Origin: an uncultured Clostridia bacterium | GTDB lineage: Bacteria; Bacillota; Clostridia; TANB77; CAG-508 | NCBI GenBank assembly: GCA_947573445.1 | Contig: CANPFR010000002.1 | Coordinates: 42,675-106,674, forward strand | Direction of reading: 5' to 3' | Length of the DNA: 64,000 nt | Shown here: piece after piece, positions 22,543-33,805 of the stretch | Layout: every line of letters starts with the position of its first letter | Numbering within the stretch: position 1 is the stretch's first letter | The notes under the pieces: generated by a model | The model's input: the letters and a program-made list of their open reading frames with translations, nothing else | Databases searched by the model: none | What the model was told of the DNA's origin: nothing | Program-made: the position numbers and the translations under genes

Positions 22543-24951
22543 TTACTTTCTTAATTCTGCTGCTAATGAATTTTCTAATTCTTTCACGATTTCTTCCATG
22601 GTTTCATTAATTTCCTCATCTGTTAATGTTTTATCTTTGCTTCTGAATTTTAGGCTGTAAGCTACACTTTTTTTGCCTTCTCCTAGTTTATCATTTCGGT
22701 AAACATCAAATAACTGAATTTCTTCTAACATCTTTTTTCCTTTTTTCTGAATCGCTCTTTCGATTTCTCCAACTTCTATGTTTTCGTCAATTAGCATTGC
22801 AATATCTCTTTCTACTGCTGGGAATTTGGCAACCTCTGTGTATTTTTTATTCATTTTGCCATATTTCACTAATTTATTTAAATCAATTTCAGCCACATAA
22901 ACATCACCCTTTAGACCATAATTTTCCGCCACTTGTGGATGTACTTCTCCTAATGTTGCAATCACATCTTTACCAATTTTAATATCTGCTGTTTTTCCTG
23001 GATGATAACTATTGTTACTTCTGTTACTCACCACATCATAACGCAAAACAGAACTCACAGTTAAAATCTTCTCAACCAATCCTTTTAAAATATAGAAATC
23101 AATCTTCTCTCCATACATTCCAATGGTCACAATCATGTCTTCTTCTGGCACTTGCCCCTTTTCAATTTGGCCTTCTACGTTTCTATATACTCTAGAAATA
23201 TCAAATAATCCTACATTTCTATTTTTCTTGGCTTGATTTGTATTAATTGTTTGTAGCATACTTGGCAGTGTTGTTGTTCTCATAATGGAATCCTCTTCGC
23301 TTAGTGGATTTTTGATAGAAATCACTTGCGTACGTAAATCACTGTCTTCGGTTATTTCCATTTTATCCAAATCATTTGGGCTGATAAAACCATAGGTATA
23401 TATTTCAGATAATCCTTTATTAACTAACGTTTGACGGATTTTACTTGTTAATTTCTGGGCTTTGGTGCGAATTCCCAATGTAGTCTCTGAATTAATTAAA
23501 GTACAATCAATTTTATCGTATCCAAAAAACCTCACCACCTCTTCTGCCAAATCAGCTAAACAAGCAATATCTACTCTAAAATACGGTGGAATAACAACAT
23601 CTCCTTCCACTTTCATTTCTAGTTTCTCCAAAATAGCTACCATTTCTTCTCTGGTAAGATTGGTTCCCAATAAGCGATTGATTTTCTCAAAATTAAATTC
23701 CACTTCTGGACAAACTTGTTTTGTTGGATAAATATCTACTTTACCTTCTACTGCTTTACCAGCCCCTATTAATTCGACCAATTCAACGACTCGATTAATA
23801 CTACGTTCTGCATTTTCTGCTGGCAATCCTTTTTCATAGCGACCTGAAGCTTCTGTACGAAGTCCAACTTTTTTGGCTGTTTTTCGCACACTTCCTCCCT
23901 TAAAAACGGCTGACTCAAATACTACGGTTGTCGTGTTTTCTTCAATTTCTGAATTTTGAGCACCCATAACACCTGCAATTGCAACTGCTTTTTCGTCATC
24001 ACTAATAACTAACATCTCATTGGTTAAAATTCTTTCTTGTTCATCTAAGGTTATGATTTTTTCGCCATCATTGGCACGTCTTACTGTAATGTGTTTTCCT
24101 GCAATTGAGTTGATATCAAAAGCATGCATTGGTTGCCCAAGTTCTAGCATAACATAATTTGTAATATCCACAATATTATTAATACTTCTTACCCCACAAG
24201 CTTCTAAACGTCTTTTTAGCCACGCTGGAGATTCTCCCACTTTTACGTCTTTAACAACTCTTGCCATATAGCGATAACACAAATCAGGAGCCGTTATATC
24301 GACTCTTATTCCTTCGATTTCAGATTGATTTTCTACCTTCATTTCATCCAAATTTTTACGTGGATTTTTAAATTCTTTTCCCAAAGAAATCGCTGTTTCA
24401 CGTCCTAATCCTTCAATGGATAAACAGTCTGGACGATTGGAAGTGATTTCAAAGTCAAGAATTTCCTCTTCTAATCCCAAAACATCTACTATATTTTGCC
24501 CTAGTTTATCTTCCATTTCTTGTGGCAAAATCATAATGCCATGCTCAATTTGGTTGGGATATCGATCCACTGGAATATTTAACTCCGAACAAGCACACAT
24601 CATACCATTGGATTCAATTCCGCGAAGTTCTCCTTTTTTGATATGAACCCCTCCTGGTAATTCTGAATCATTTTTTGCAATTGGCACAATATCTCCCACT
24701 TTTACATTATTGGCACCTGTTACAATTTGTATTACTTCACTGCCAACATCTACTTTTGTAACAATCAATTTATCTGCATTTGGATGTTTTTCTATCTCTA
24801 GAATTTTTCCGACCACTACATTTTTAATATCTTTTCCTCTTTCTTCAATGGTTTCTAGTTTCGAACCAGTCATGGTTAAAATATCACCCAATTCTTTACC
24901 AGAAACATCTATCTCGCTAAACTCTTTTAGCCATTCTATACTCGCTTTCAT
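22543..24951 (-). CDS. pheT: phenylalanine--tRNA ligase beta subunit
   Basis: 802 aa with N-terminal tRNA-binding domain, B3/B4, B5 and FDX-ACB domains in the typical PheT order. Confidence 0.9.
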   Translation of the reverse strand: MKASIEWLKEFSEIDVSGKELGDILTMTGSKLETIEERGKDIKNVVVGKILEIEKHPNADKLIVTKVDVGSEVIQIVTGANNVKVGDIVPIAKNDSELPGGVHIKKGELRGIESNGMMCACSELNIPVDRYPNQIEHGIMILPQEMEDKLGQNIVDVLGLEEEILDFEITSNRPDCLSIEGLGRETAISLGKEFKNPRKNLDEMKVENQSEIEGIRVDITAPDLCYRYMARVVKDVKVGESPAWLKRRLEACGVRSINNIVDITNYVMLELGQPMHAFDINSIAGKHITVRRANDGEKIITLDEQERILTNEMLVISDDEKAVAIAGVMGAQNSEIEENTTTVVFESAVFKGGSVRKTAKKVGLRTEASGRYEKGLPAENAERSINRVVELVELIGAGKAVEGKVDIYPTKQVCPEVEFNFEKINRLLGTNLTREEMVAILEKLEMKVEGDVVIPPYFRVDIACLADLAEEVVRFFGYDKIDCTLINSETTLGIRTKAQKLTSKIRQTLVNKGLSEIYTYGFISPNDLDKMEITEDSDLRTQVISIKNPLSEEDSIMRTTTLPSMLQTINTNQAKKNRNVGLFDISRVYRNVEGQIEKGQVPEEDMIVTIGMYGEKIDFYILKGLVEKILTVSSVLRYDVVSNRSNNSYHPGKTADIKIGKDVIATLGEVHPQVAENYGLKGDVYVAEIDLNKLVKYGKMNKKYTEVAKFPAVERDIAMLIDENIEVGEIERAIQKKGKKMLEEIQLFDVYRNDKLGEGKKSVAYSLKFRSKDKTLTDEEINETMEEIVKELENSLAAELRK

Positions 24952-24963
24952 CTTTTTCCCTCC

Positions 24964-25389
24964 TTATATTTTCTTACAATATCCATTGATTTGTTCATAT
25001 CCTAAACTTTTATAAAATTCATTTGCTTCAGCTGTATCAACTGCAAGCAATCCAATAAAATCGATTCCCATGTCCTTCAATTCCTGTTCCACAAATCGAA
25101 ACAATCTTGTGCCAATCCCTTGTCTTTTATACTTGCTTCTTACAGACCAAACTGTCGCATAATCCTTACATTCCTCAAAAATATCATGATGTATCGCAAC
25201 TCTTGCAAATCCAATTAATTCGTCTTGCTCTGTCACAGCTGAATAATTAATATAATCTGGATTGTCTTTCATCTCTTCAAATTTTTCATACATTTTAGGA
25301 ATATTCGTTTCTGCCCCAAAAGCACTTTTATATAAATCCGGTAATTGTTTTAAATCTTCAGTTATCGTTTTTCTAATTTGAAAATCCAT
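24964..25389 (-). CDS. GNAT family N-acetyltransferase
   Basis: 141 aa with a KRQGIGTRLFRFVEQELKDMG motif. Confidence 0.65.
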   Translation of the reverse strand: MDFQIRKTITEDLKQLPDLYKSAFGAETNIPKMYEKFEEMKDNPDYINYSAVTEQDELIGFARVAIHHDIFEECKDYATVWSVRSKYKRQGIGTRLFRFVEQELKDMGIDFIGLLAVDTAEANEFYKSLGYEQINGYCKKI

Positions 25390-25509
25390 ACATCTCTCCC
25401 TTACATTTAAAATAAAAATTCACATAATTTTCACATATTCTTCACGTATTATTTATATTAATGTGCTAGCATGCTAGATTTTATATTTTCTAAATCTTTT
25501 CTTCTCTCT

Positions 25510-25809
25510 TCAAATCTTTTCACTCAACAATTCAACTCCTTCCTTTTCAATTGAATCCAGTAATTCTTCTTTTGTATTTTTGTTTACAAACACCAAATCA
25601 ACCATATAAATAATATCCAACAAATCAATTTCATTTCTTATCTTAAATTCATCTTGTTTTTCTACATTTTCAAAAATAGCCAAATCAATATCAGAATTAT
25701 TTTTATAATCACCTCTTGCTCTAGAACCAAATAATTCAAACTTATATTTATTATTATTTTTTACAACACGTATAATTTGTTCATATCTTTCTTCAGATAA
25801 ACCAAACAT
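25510..25809 (-). CDS. nucleotidyltransferase (MNT-like, Pol-beta superfamily) domain protein
   Basis: ELFGSRARGDYKNNSDIDLAI is the minimal nucleotidyltransferase GS...DxD motif. 99 aa, with no HEPN partner adjacent. Confidence 0.6.
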   Translation of the reverse strand: MFGLSEERYEQIIRVVKNNNKYKFELFGSRARGDYKNNSDIDLAIFENVEKQDEFKIRNEIDLLDIIYMVDLVFVNKNTKEELLDSIEKEGVELLSEKI

Positions 25810-25890
25810 TTTTCCCCTTTTTTAGTCAATGCAGGTATTGACTCATATATATGGGTAGGTCAAGACAAGCCCCCTACAATCATTTTTATT

Positions 25891-26910
25891 CTAGAATTGT
25901 TTTAAGAAACGTACATCATTTTCATACAACAATCGCAAATCATCAATTCCAAATTTGGCCATTGCGATTCTTTCAACACCAAATCCAAAAGCAAATCCAG
26001 AATATTCATTTGGGTCAATTCCACAGTTTTCCAAAACCTTTGGATGCACCATTCCACATCCCAAAAGCTCAATCCAGCCTTCCTGTTTGCACACACGGCA
26101 ACCTTTTCCACCACAAACAAAACAAGAAACATCCGCCTCTGCACTTGGCTCTGTAAATGGAAAATGATGTGGCCTAAAACGAACTTTCGTGTTTTTTCCC
26201 AAACAATTTTTAGCAAACATCTCTAAAGTTCCCTTTAAATCTGACATGGTAATATTTTTATCTACAACCAATCCTTCAATTTGATGAAAAACTGGTGAAT
26301 GCGTAGCATCTAATGTATCAGAACGATACACTGCTCCTGGACAAATAATCTTAATTGGTGGTTTCTGATTTTCCATCACTCTTGCCTGAACTGGCGATGT
26401 CTGGGTTCTTAAAATAACGTCTTCTGTAATATAAAATGTATCTTGTAAATCTCTAGCTGGATGATCTGCTGATGTATTCAATTTGTCAAAATTATAAACT
26501 GCTGTTTCCACCTCTGGTCCATCTGCTACACTATAACCCATTCCTAAAAAAATCTCTTCTACTTCCTCAATCACTTGCGTAATCGGATGAACAGAGCCAA
26601 GCTCAATATTTTTTCCTGGCATGGTAACATCAATTTTCTCCTTCTGCAACCTCTGCTCCATAAGCTTTTCTTTCACATCTCTTTCTCTTCTTGCCATTGC
26701 CTTTTCCAATTCTTCTCTCAAATGATTCACTTTCTGCCCAAAAATGGGTCTTTCCTCTGCTGACATTCCACCAAGGCCTTTTAACATCGAAGTAATCTCA
26801 CCCTTTTTTCCCAAATACTTCACCTTTAATTCCTGTAATTCCTGCAAAGATCCAATCTCTGCTAACTTCTTCTTCACAACCTCACTGATTTCTGAAATTT
26901 TGTCACCCAT
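25891..26910 (-). CDS. pheS: phenylalanine--tRNA ligase alpha subunit
   Basis: 339 aa with class II aaRS motifs 2 and 3 (FRPHHFPFTEPSAE, GFAFGFGVERIAM). Confidence 0.9.
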   Translation of the reverse strand: MGDKISEISEVVKKKLAEIGSLQELQELKVKYLGKKGEITSMLKGLGGMSAEERPIFGQKVNHLREELEKAMARRERDVKEKLMEQRLQKEKIDVTMPGKNIELGSVHPITQVIEEVEEIFLGMGYSVADGPEVETAVYNFDKLNTSADHPARDLQDTFYITEDVILRTQTSPVQARVMENQKPPIKIICPGAVYRSDTLDATHSPVFHQIEGLVVDKNITMSDLKGTLEMFAKNCLGKNTKVRFRPHHFPFTEPSAEADVSCFVCGGKGCRVCKQEGWIELLGCGMVHPKVLENCGIDPNEYSGFAFGFGVERIAMAKFGIDDLRLLYENDVRFLKQF

Positions 26911-26914
26911 AAAA

Positions 26915-27290
26915 ATTCCTCCTTTTATTTATGTTTTATATTTATTATTTTTCATAGCATTTGGTTCGTCAAGAATAACTCCTCGTTTTTACAATCATCT
27001 ACCTAGGAGGCAGATTCCCAAAAAGCCCCTTGCTCCCCCTAAAAAACAAAAAAAGCATCTCAATCCCTAGGACGAAATGCTCGTGGTACCACCTAACTTC
27101 ATTAAAATCTCTTTTAACCTCATTCAAGTTATAACGTAACCACCGCTTATGCCTACTTTAACTTTCAACATAAGAACCATCAAAAGTGAAATTTCAATAA
27201 GCAAACATCAAGCAAGCTTCCAGCCCATGGCTCACTCTCTCTTTGATATTTAACCACTTATCTACTTTGCTTTTTCAAACGGTTATTTCT
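26915..27290 (-). promoter_or_regulatory. T-box riboswitch leader upstream of pheS
   Basis: Minus-strand sequence AATGAAGTTAGGTGGTACCACGAGC at about 27080-27100 matches the conserved T-box motif (AGGGUGGNACCGCG-like). It is followed by a terminator-like GC stem and a U-run before the pheS RBS. Confidence 0.55.
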
Positions 27291-27355
27291 TAATTTTGTT
27301 ATTATATATCATATTTTTCGCAAAATGTCAAGATTCTTAAACCATTAATCAACAG

Positions 27356-28337
27356 CTATGGTCTACTTTTTGTTTCCAAAATCCCCACATTTTTCAAAAT
27401 AACCTTATTATCAATCTTTTGCAATATTTGATTCTGCCTTGTTTCAATTTCTCTTTTTACGCCCTCTAAATCAAATTCCTGATTATGAATCTCAATTTTG
27501 TTCAATTCATTTACCTTAAATTCATCAATTCTATACACAATTGGCTCAATTACATTTTTTTGAATCACATGATATGTCTGAAATCGATTTGCAAAAAATT
27601 TAGTAATTCTTTTGATCGTATGAGGTCTTCGAATTTGAGTGGAAAGCATTTTATCACCTGCTTCCATAGCATCTAATGCCTTTCTTACTTTTTGTTCATT
27701 TAACTCTTTTATTTTCTGACTAACCATTCTTATTTCTTTTTCCAATTTTCTTATGTAAACCAGATTACTCTTAAATTCCTCCGAATACTGCATTTTTCTC
27801 TTGATATCTTTTTCCACTTCTTTTCCATCTTGAATTCGATTAATCAAACTAACATCCACTTGTTTTCTGTTCTTTGGTTTTAACTTTTCTATCATAGCAC
27901 CAAAATGATGAACAATCACATTTTTGTCTTTTATTGGGGATTCTTTTTGACCTTTTTGCGTTAAATATTCTTTGGTTACAATCGCCATTAATAGTTTTGC
28001 TTCTAATTCCACTTTTTTCAATATAAGCTCTTGAATTTCCGCATCACAAATTTGGCAAAATCCGTTAAGATTGGTTTCATAATTGTTTAAAGTGCTAATC
28101 ATTTCTTGTTTAATTTTCTCATAATTCTTGGATTTCTGAACAAATTTAGGATTGATACGATGAATTGACACTTCCATAGCATTCCATTGATTTGTCACTT
28201 TTGTTTGAACAGTTTCCTTTGATAATTTCTCCGCATAAACACAACTTAAGATAGCAGATAAAGTAATTTCATTTTTCGTATTTTCAAAAATATTTTTTAA
28301 AGTTAAAACTGCCTCTTTTTCCTTTGTTTTCACTTTC
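27356..28337 (-). CDS. hypothetical protein
   Basis: Start taken at MKVKTKEKE after an AGGGGGA RBS. Charged, helical, no recognised domain. Confidence 0.4.
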
Positions 28338-28370
28338 ATAATTTTCCCCCTAACGGTTCTTTTTCGTTTG

Positions 28371-28508
28371 TTAATCAAGCTTTTTTCCAGCATTCATGTG
28401 TTTTATTTTATTGATTTCTACCATACTTATGATTTCTTTGATTTCATCAGAAGTGGTATAATCTAAATTATAAATTTCATTATCATATACAATGGTTCCT
28501 AATTTCAT
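28371..28508 (-). CDS. small ORF (45 aa), hypothetical
   Basis: MKLGTIVYDNEIYNLDYTTSDEIKEIISMVEINKIKHMNAGKKLD with an AAGGAGA RBS. Not in the ORF track because it is under 60 aa. Confidence 0.3.
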   Translation of the reverse strand: MKLGTIVYDNEIYNLDYTTSDEIKEIISMVEINKIKHMNAGKKLD

Positions 28509-28526
28509 ACTTGTTCTCCTTTGTCA

Positions 28527-29465
28527 TTAATATTCAATTTTCTTGGTTGGCTCTCCATTTAGTTTAATTCGATACATTTGGTAAGTTTGTGATTCATCTT
28601 GGCTTTTGTCTAAATAATACAATTCATCATTTACCATGTTAATTTTGGTTTTCGAAACTTCCAAAGACACAAGATGATCACATTGATTCGTTTTTCGAAT
28701 TTGCATTCTAGCAATTTGAGCATTTTCTCGATCAAAATAATACACATATTTTCCACAAACATTGTAAATTTCATTGTGAATCAGAACTGATACAAGTTCT
28801 TTCTTCTTGCCATTTTTCTTCAAACGAAATAAAGCATTTTCATTTTTGTCATAATAATAAATCCATTCATCAACTACTTGTATTTTTCGTGCAATAGCTG
28901 TATCACTAAGTTTCATCATATTCTCTCCAGACATATTCACTTTGCAAATTTGGTTTGATGTATTTACATAATATATATTGTTTTCTGATACTTGAAAATC
29001 TTGCACCATTTCCGTAACTAGAATTTCTTCCTTTTCTCCATTAAAATCAATTTTAGCAATTCCTTTTCCTGTCTCATTGGTTGCATAATAAATAGCTTGT
29101 TTATCCACATAAATCTTGCTAATAGAAGTATAAATAGTGGCAATTTTTTTTAAATTTTCTCCATTGATATCCACACTTTTGATGACTACATCATTAAAAT
29201 CAGCTACTGTAATATAAAATATTTTATCACCAACTACATTTAAGGAATAGGCTGTTTCATCAGTTATCCTTTTCTCCTGGCCATTTTGGATGGAAAAAAT
29301 TCCTTTTTCATATTTATTATAATAAATAATCCCTTCGCTTTCACAAACTAATCCCATATTGGCTATATTTCCATTTTGGTCACTTTTTCGAAAAGCAAAA
29401 CCAAAAAGTATCATTAATACTATGATAAAAACGAATAATATGAGCAATCTTCTTTTTTTCTTCAT
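28527..29465 (-). CDS. membrane-anchored DUF5050-like beta-propeller protein
   Basis: N-terminal TM segment followed by repeated IYY/IYYxxxxD motifs typical of DUF5050. Confidence 0.5.
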   Translation of the reverse strand: MKKKRRLLILFVFIIVLMILFGFAFRKSDQNGNIANMGLVCESEGIIYYNKYEKGIFSIQNGQEKRITDETAYSLNVVGDKIFYITVADFNDVVIKSVDINGENLKKIATIYTSISKIYVDKQAIYYATNETGKGIAKIDFNGEKEEILVTEMVQDFQVSENNIYYVNTSNQICKVNMSGENMMKLSDTAIARKIQVVDEWIYYYDKNENALFRLKKNGKKKELVSVLIHNEIYNVCGKYVYYFDRENAQIARMQIRKTNQCDHLVSLEVSKTKINMVNDELYYLDKSQDESQTYQMYRIKLNGEPTKKIEY

Positions 29466-29483
29466 AACATCCTTCCTTCATTT

Positions 29484-31712
29484 TTAATCTGATAAATTAA
29501 ATTCTGAATCTAATTTGAATTTATAACCATTGACAGTTATAATTGCCAAATTAGAACTAATGGAGATTTCCACATTGTAACCTGGTATCGCTAAGTTTTC
29601 TAAATCCTCTATTTTTAGTTCTTTTCCTTCGTTCAAATAGTCCCTCATCTGATTGGATATATGGGAAATTAAAGCATTTTTCGCTTCTGTTTTAGCCGTT
29701 TCATCTTCGGCTGTGTTTTGTTCAGTTTGCTGAACAACTAAGTTAGAATTGTTGCTATCAATTATATTTAAATTTCTATTTTTTTCTCTTAATACTTCCT
29801 TTGTTTTTTGTTTGATGGCCTCTATATTAGCATTCAATTCGTCATTGGATAAAGTGTCCAAAAACAAGCAATTTTCGTTTGTTAAATCTGGAATTTCAGG
29901 TACTATGTCAAAATTTAAGGAATTCCCTAATTCTACTTTGAATTCACCTTCTGCATCTGAGTAAGAGGCATCAATATCGATTGTATATTTCTTAGCATTA
30001 ATCGTTCCTTTGGTTTGTAAATTGATGGTGGTTTTTTGACTAATTTTGCTTTTGGTAATTTTATTAAGATTCCATCTTGATGTAACAACAGCATCTGTCT
30101 TTTTGATATATATGGTTAGCATAGAACCGTTTGCCTTGTCTTGCTCACCCTTTAAGGAAGTTATGTTTAGGTATTTCTCATTATCTGCCTTTGAACATAT
30201 TTCTATATCAAAGCTTTCTGATGTTTCTGGAAAAGAGAAACTTATTTTAATTGTTTTGCCTTCACTTACATATAATTTTACAACAAGACGATTATTTTGT
30301 TTCATTCGCTCATTCAAAATTGTCTGAATTTCTTCTTTTAGCGTTTCTTCTGTACAATTGGCTTTCGCTCCTGTTAACAAATACGTAATCCAATTGACGT
30401 TTTGAATACGATTCGTGATATTTTGCAAAGTTTCTTCATAATTTTCTCCAATGATAAAAACGGTATCATCTTGTGAATAATCTTCTGGATTTTCATTCAC
30501 CTCAAAATAACCTTGTGTTCTAAAATTATCTTCTTCTTCAATTGGCTCTGGGCGTTGTTCTTCTGTCAAATTTTCTTCTGGTTCTGGTACTGGCTCTGTT
30601 ACTTCTGGAAGTGGCTCTTCCACCTCTTGCGGGGTTTGTTCCAAATCATTTACTTCATTCACAGGATTTTCTTCTATTTGGTTTGTTACCACATTTTCAA
30701 ATGGCATTGTATTTTCCATTTCCACTGTATTATTAGTTTCTAGTGTTGTATTGGCTGGAATGGTATTTAATACATTGGTTGTATTTTCTCCCCAAATTTG
30801 CAAACTTGTATTAAAATTATTTTCTTGCCCTGGAACTTCTACCATGTTATCATTGTCTGTGTATTCTAAAATTCCCTTTTCATCTTCCTCTAAATTTTGT
30901 ACCTTGCTAACAACAAGTTCTGGTATGATTTGATCGTCTCTTTCAAGTACATCAGAAACACCTTCTAACAAATGTTTGACTTGCTGGCTATCGAGTGAAA
31001 TGGTATATTCTGTTGTCGAGATTTGATCCGAATTGATAGTAACGACGACATTTTCCTTTTTGGCAATATTTTCTGCCATCACTTCTTTCTCTAGTAGAGC
31101 CACATAAGTTTCAAAATTTTGTAATTTTACAGATCGAATTGGCTCTCGATCAATCACTAGATTTTTTAGTATTTTCATATCTGTTAAATCAACTTCTGAT
31201 TGATACACTTGATTCACCAATTTCTGAAAATTCGCTGTATTGATTCCAACGTATTTATTAACAATTTCATCTGATTTCATAGCAAATTGTTTCTGGTTTG
31301 CGATAAAGTCAAATGTGATAAAATCATTTCCTGCATAACCAGTTTGCAATTTATGATAATTTTTATTTTGATTTCGATCCTGCAACATCTGGTAGTTTAA
31401 CTGAAACTTGGATAAATCAAGTTCTGAAAACATTTTATTTTGCATAGTAGTTGATAATGAAATAGCTGATGCTAACTCAAAATTATCCTTTTCCATTCGA
31501 TCAATGATATTTTGATACAAGTCATTTTCAAAGAAAAATCCCAAATCATTATTTTTAGCCTTTTCCCATAACTCATTTCGCAAAGCTTCACTCGCCACGT
31601 TTTTTGTATAATAACTATAAACTACATAAGTAGCCATTAAAATCAACAATAAAACTACAATTAAAATGATAACAATTCTTTTTCGTTTTTGATTGTGTAT
31701 CTTTTGCTCCAT
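29484..31712 (-). CDS. large membrane-anchored extracellular protein, unknown function
   Basis: 742 aa with N-terminal TM helix and an acidic Pro/Glu-rich linker (EEPLPEVTEPVPEPEE). Confidence 0.45.
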   Translation of the reverse strand: MEQKIHNQKRKRIVIILIVVLLLILMATYVVYSYYTKNVASEALRNELWEKAKNNDLGFFFENDLYQNIIDRMEKDNFELASAISLSTTMQNKMFSELDLSKFQLNYQMLQDRNQNKNYHKLQTGYAGNDFITFDFIANQKQFAMKSDEIVNKYVGINTANFQKLVNQVYQSEVDLTDMKILKNLVIDREPIRSVKLQNFETYVALLEKEVMAENIAKKENVVVTINSDQISTTEYTISLDSQQVKHLLEGVSDVLERDDQIIPELVVSKVQNLEEDEKGILEYTDNDNMVEVPGQENNFNTSLQIWGENTTNVLNTIPANTTLETNNTVEMENTMPFENVVTNQIEENPVNEVNDLEQTPQEVEEPLPEVTEPVPEPEENLTEEQRPEPIEEEDNFRTQGYFEVNENPEDYSQDDTVFIIGENYEETLQNITNRIQNVNWITYLLTGAKANCTEETLKEEIQTILNERMKQNNRLVVKLYVSEGKTIKISFSFPETSESFDIEICSKADNEKYLNITSLKGEQDKANGSMLTIYIKKTDAVVTSRWNLNKITKSKISQKTTINLQTKGTINAKKYTIDIDASYSDAEGEFKVELGNSLNFDIVPEIPDLTNENCLFLDTLSNDELNANIEAIKQKTKEVLREKNRNLNIIDSNNSNLVVQQTEQNTAEDETAKTEAKNALISHISNQMRDYLNEGKELKIEDLENLAIPGYNVEISISSNLAIITVNGYKFKLDSEFNLSD

Positions 31713-31795
31713 TGCATACTTTCTCCTTTTTCCTTATTGTTTTTATTATACATAAAATTCAAGAAAATGACAATATATTTTACAAAGAAAATCAT

Positions 31796-32638
31796 TTAAT
31801 TTTTAAAACCTAATCCATAAACTTCTCTTGCATCTGTTATAATAATAAACGAATTTTCATCCAATTTTTTAGCAAGTTCTTTTATTTTAATAATATGTCT
31901 ACGTTTCGCCACACACATAATAATCATTTTCTCTTGATTGGTATACATGCCTTTCCCATAAATCCCAGTCGCACCTCTTTTGATTTCTTGGTGGATTATC
32001 TCCGCAATTTCTTCGTATTTCTCCGATATAATGTAAATCATCTTACTAAAATGAATTCCCTCAAACACAATATCTAACATTTTATTACTCATAAAAATCG
32101 CAATCGCAGAATACAAACCAATTTCGATTTCATGTAAAAATACTATATTTAGCATAACAACCACTATATCCAACACCTGAAGTACATTTCCAACACTCAC
32201 TTCATTATGATACGATTTAATAATATTGGCAATCAAATCCGTTCCTCCTGTTGAACTTCTTCCTTTGAAAACCAAGGCTAATCCAAAACCCACAAGGATT
32301 CCACCATAGACACTCGCCAACATTTTATCTGTTGTAAATGAGGTTATTTTTTCAAAATAATCAATTGCATGCGAAAACACGAACGTTGCAATCAAAGTCT
32401 TGATACAAAACCCTTTTCCCTCTCTTATATACGCTAAAATAAAAACAGGAATATTCAAAACAAGAATTGTTGTCCCCATTGGTACATGAAATAAATAATA
32501 AACAACGGTTGCAATTCCCGAAAATCCACCACTTGACAACTGATTTGGAAGCAAAAATGCAGCTGTTCCAAAAGCTGCTAAAATGCTTCCTATTATAAAT
32601 AAAATATACTCTTTTGTTATTTTTTTCACTTTTTGCAT
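31796..32638 (-). CDS. YitT family membrane protein (DUF161 + DUF2179)
   Basis: GGFSGIA and SSTGGTDL motifs plus a C-terminal soluble domain. 280 aa. Confidence 0.7.
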   Translation of the reverse strand: MQKVKKITKEYILFIIGSILAAFGTAAFLLPNQLSSGGFSGIATVVYYLFHVPMGTTILVLNIPVFILAYIREGKGFCIKTLIATFVFSHAIDYFEKITSFTTDKMLASVYGGILVGFGLALVFKGRSSTGGTDLIANIIKSYHNEVSVGNVLQVLDIVVVMLNIVFLHEIEIGLYSAIAIFMSNKMLDIVFEGIHFSKMIYIISEKYEEIAEIIHQEIKRGATGIYGKGMYTNQEKMIIMCVAKRRHIIKIKELAKKLDENSFIIITDAREVYGLGFKN

Positions 32639-32724
32639 AATTTTCCATTTCCTTTTGTTGATTTCAGGACGTTTTTTGCCTTATCATCCTTATTTCTATT
32701 ATGGGTAAACCTGGAAATTTTATG

Positions 32725-33805
32725 CTATTTTCTTTTAACAATATTTTCTTCATCATCAGCAAATTCTTTATATGTTTTGGTAACCTTTATGTCGATCTTT
32801 TTCAACTTAAATTTTGGATTCTGTTTAACTTTCATATCTAAGTTATAAATCTCTTTTATTTTTTGGACATTTTCTCTTTTATATCCAATCACATCATCCA
32901 CAATTTGTGGATTCACTGTTACTTCTATTTCTTTTGCTTTTGTATTAATTTTTTTTATTTTTTCATTTAACAAATCATAACAATACGACGTATGAATCAA
33001 TTGCCTAATATTCTCATGATATGGACCGTGCTATCACTTCACTTCCTGCCTTTTCTGGATGGATAATCGTATCTGTACTTTGTAGTCCAATGCGAATCAC
33101 TTTAATCCTTTTCCTCTCAAAAAACTGGCTCAATTCCTTGCAAATTTCCACCGCTTGATTTAATTCCAATGGCTCAAATTCACCGTTTCTATATTCCTGC
33201 TCTAACTGTGTGCCACGAATCACCAAAACTGGATAAATACGCATTATCTTAGGTTTTAGCTTGGCCAATTCTCTAGCAGTGTTCAATTCATCCAAACGAG
33301 TACTTTCTGGAAGACCTACCATCATTTGATGTCCTAAAGTAAACCCAAACCATCGAATCAAATGCGACGCCTTTTTCACATCTTGGTAAGTATGACCTCT
33401 TTTACATTTCGATAATATGTAATCATTGGTAGACTGAACTCCTAATTCAATCGTTTTTACTTTGAATTTTTTGAGTCTTTTCAGAGTTTGTTTATCAATA
33501 TAATCTGGTCTTGTTGAAATTCGAATTCCATCAATCTTCTTAGCTTGAATATATTCATAAGCAGCACCAAGCAATTGATTTTGCAATTCAACATCTATTC
33601 CTGTAAAACTTCCTCCAAAAAAGGCCACCTCTTTATAGGCATTTTTATCTTTTAAACAATCCAAATAAGATTCAATTGTATTTTTTACATCCTGTACAGT
33701 CACATTTTTCATTTGTCCACTGATTTTTCTTTGATTACAAAAAGTACACTCATTTACGCACCCTAAATGAGGAACAAATATTGGAATAACATATTGTTTT
33801 TTCAT
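32725..33805 (-). CDS. radical SAM protein with C-terminal extension domain; ORFs 33014..33805 and 32725..33000 joined by +1 at in-frame CGG 33026-33028
   Basis: CVNECTFC (CxxxCxxC) near the N-terminus. The zero frame reads gca CGG tcc ata tca tga. Skipping C gives GPYHENIRQLIHTSYCYDLL..., continuous with the 91-aa ORF, which otherwise lacks an ATG and an RBS. Confidence 0.6.
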
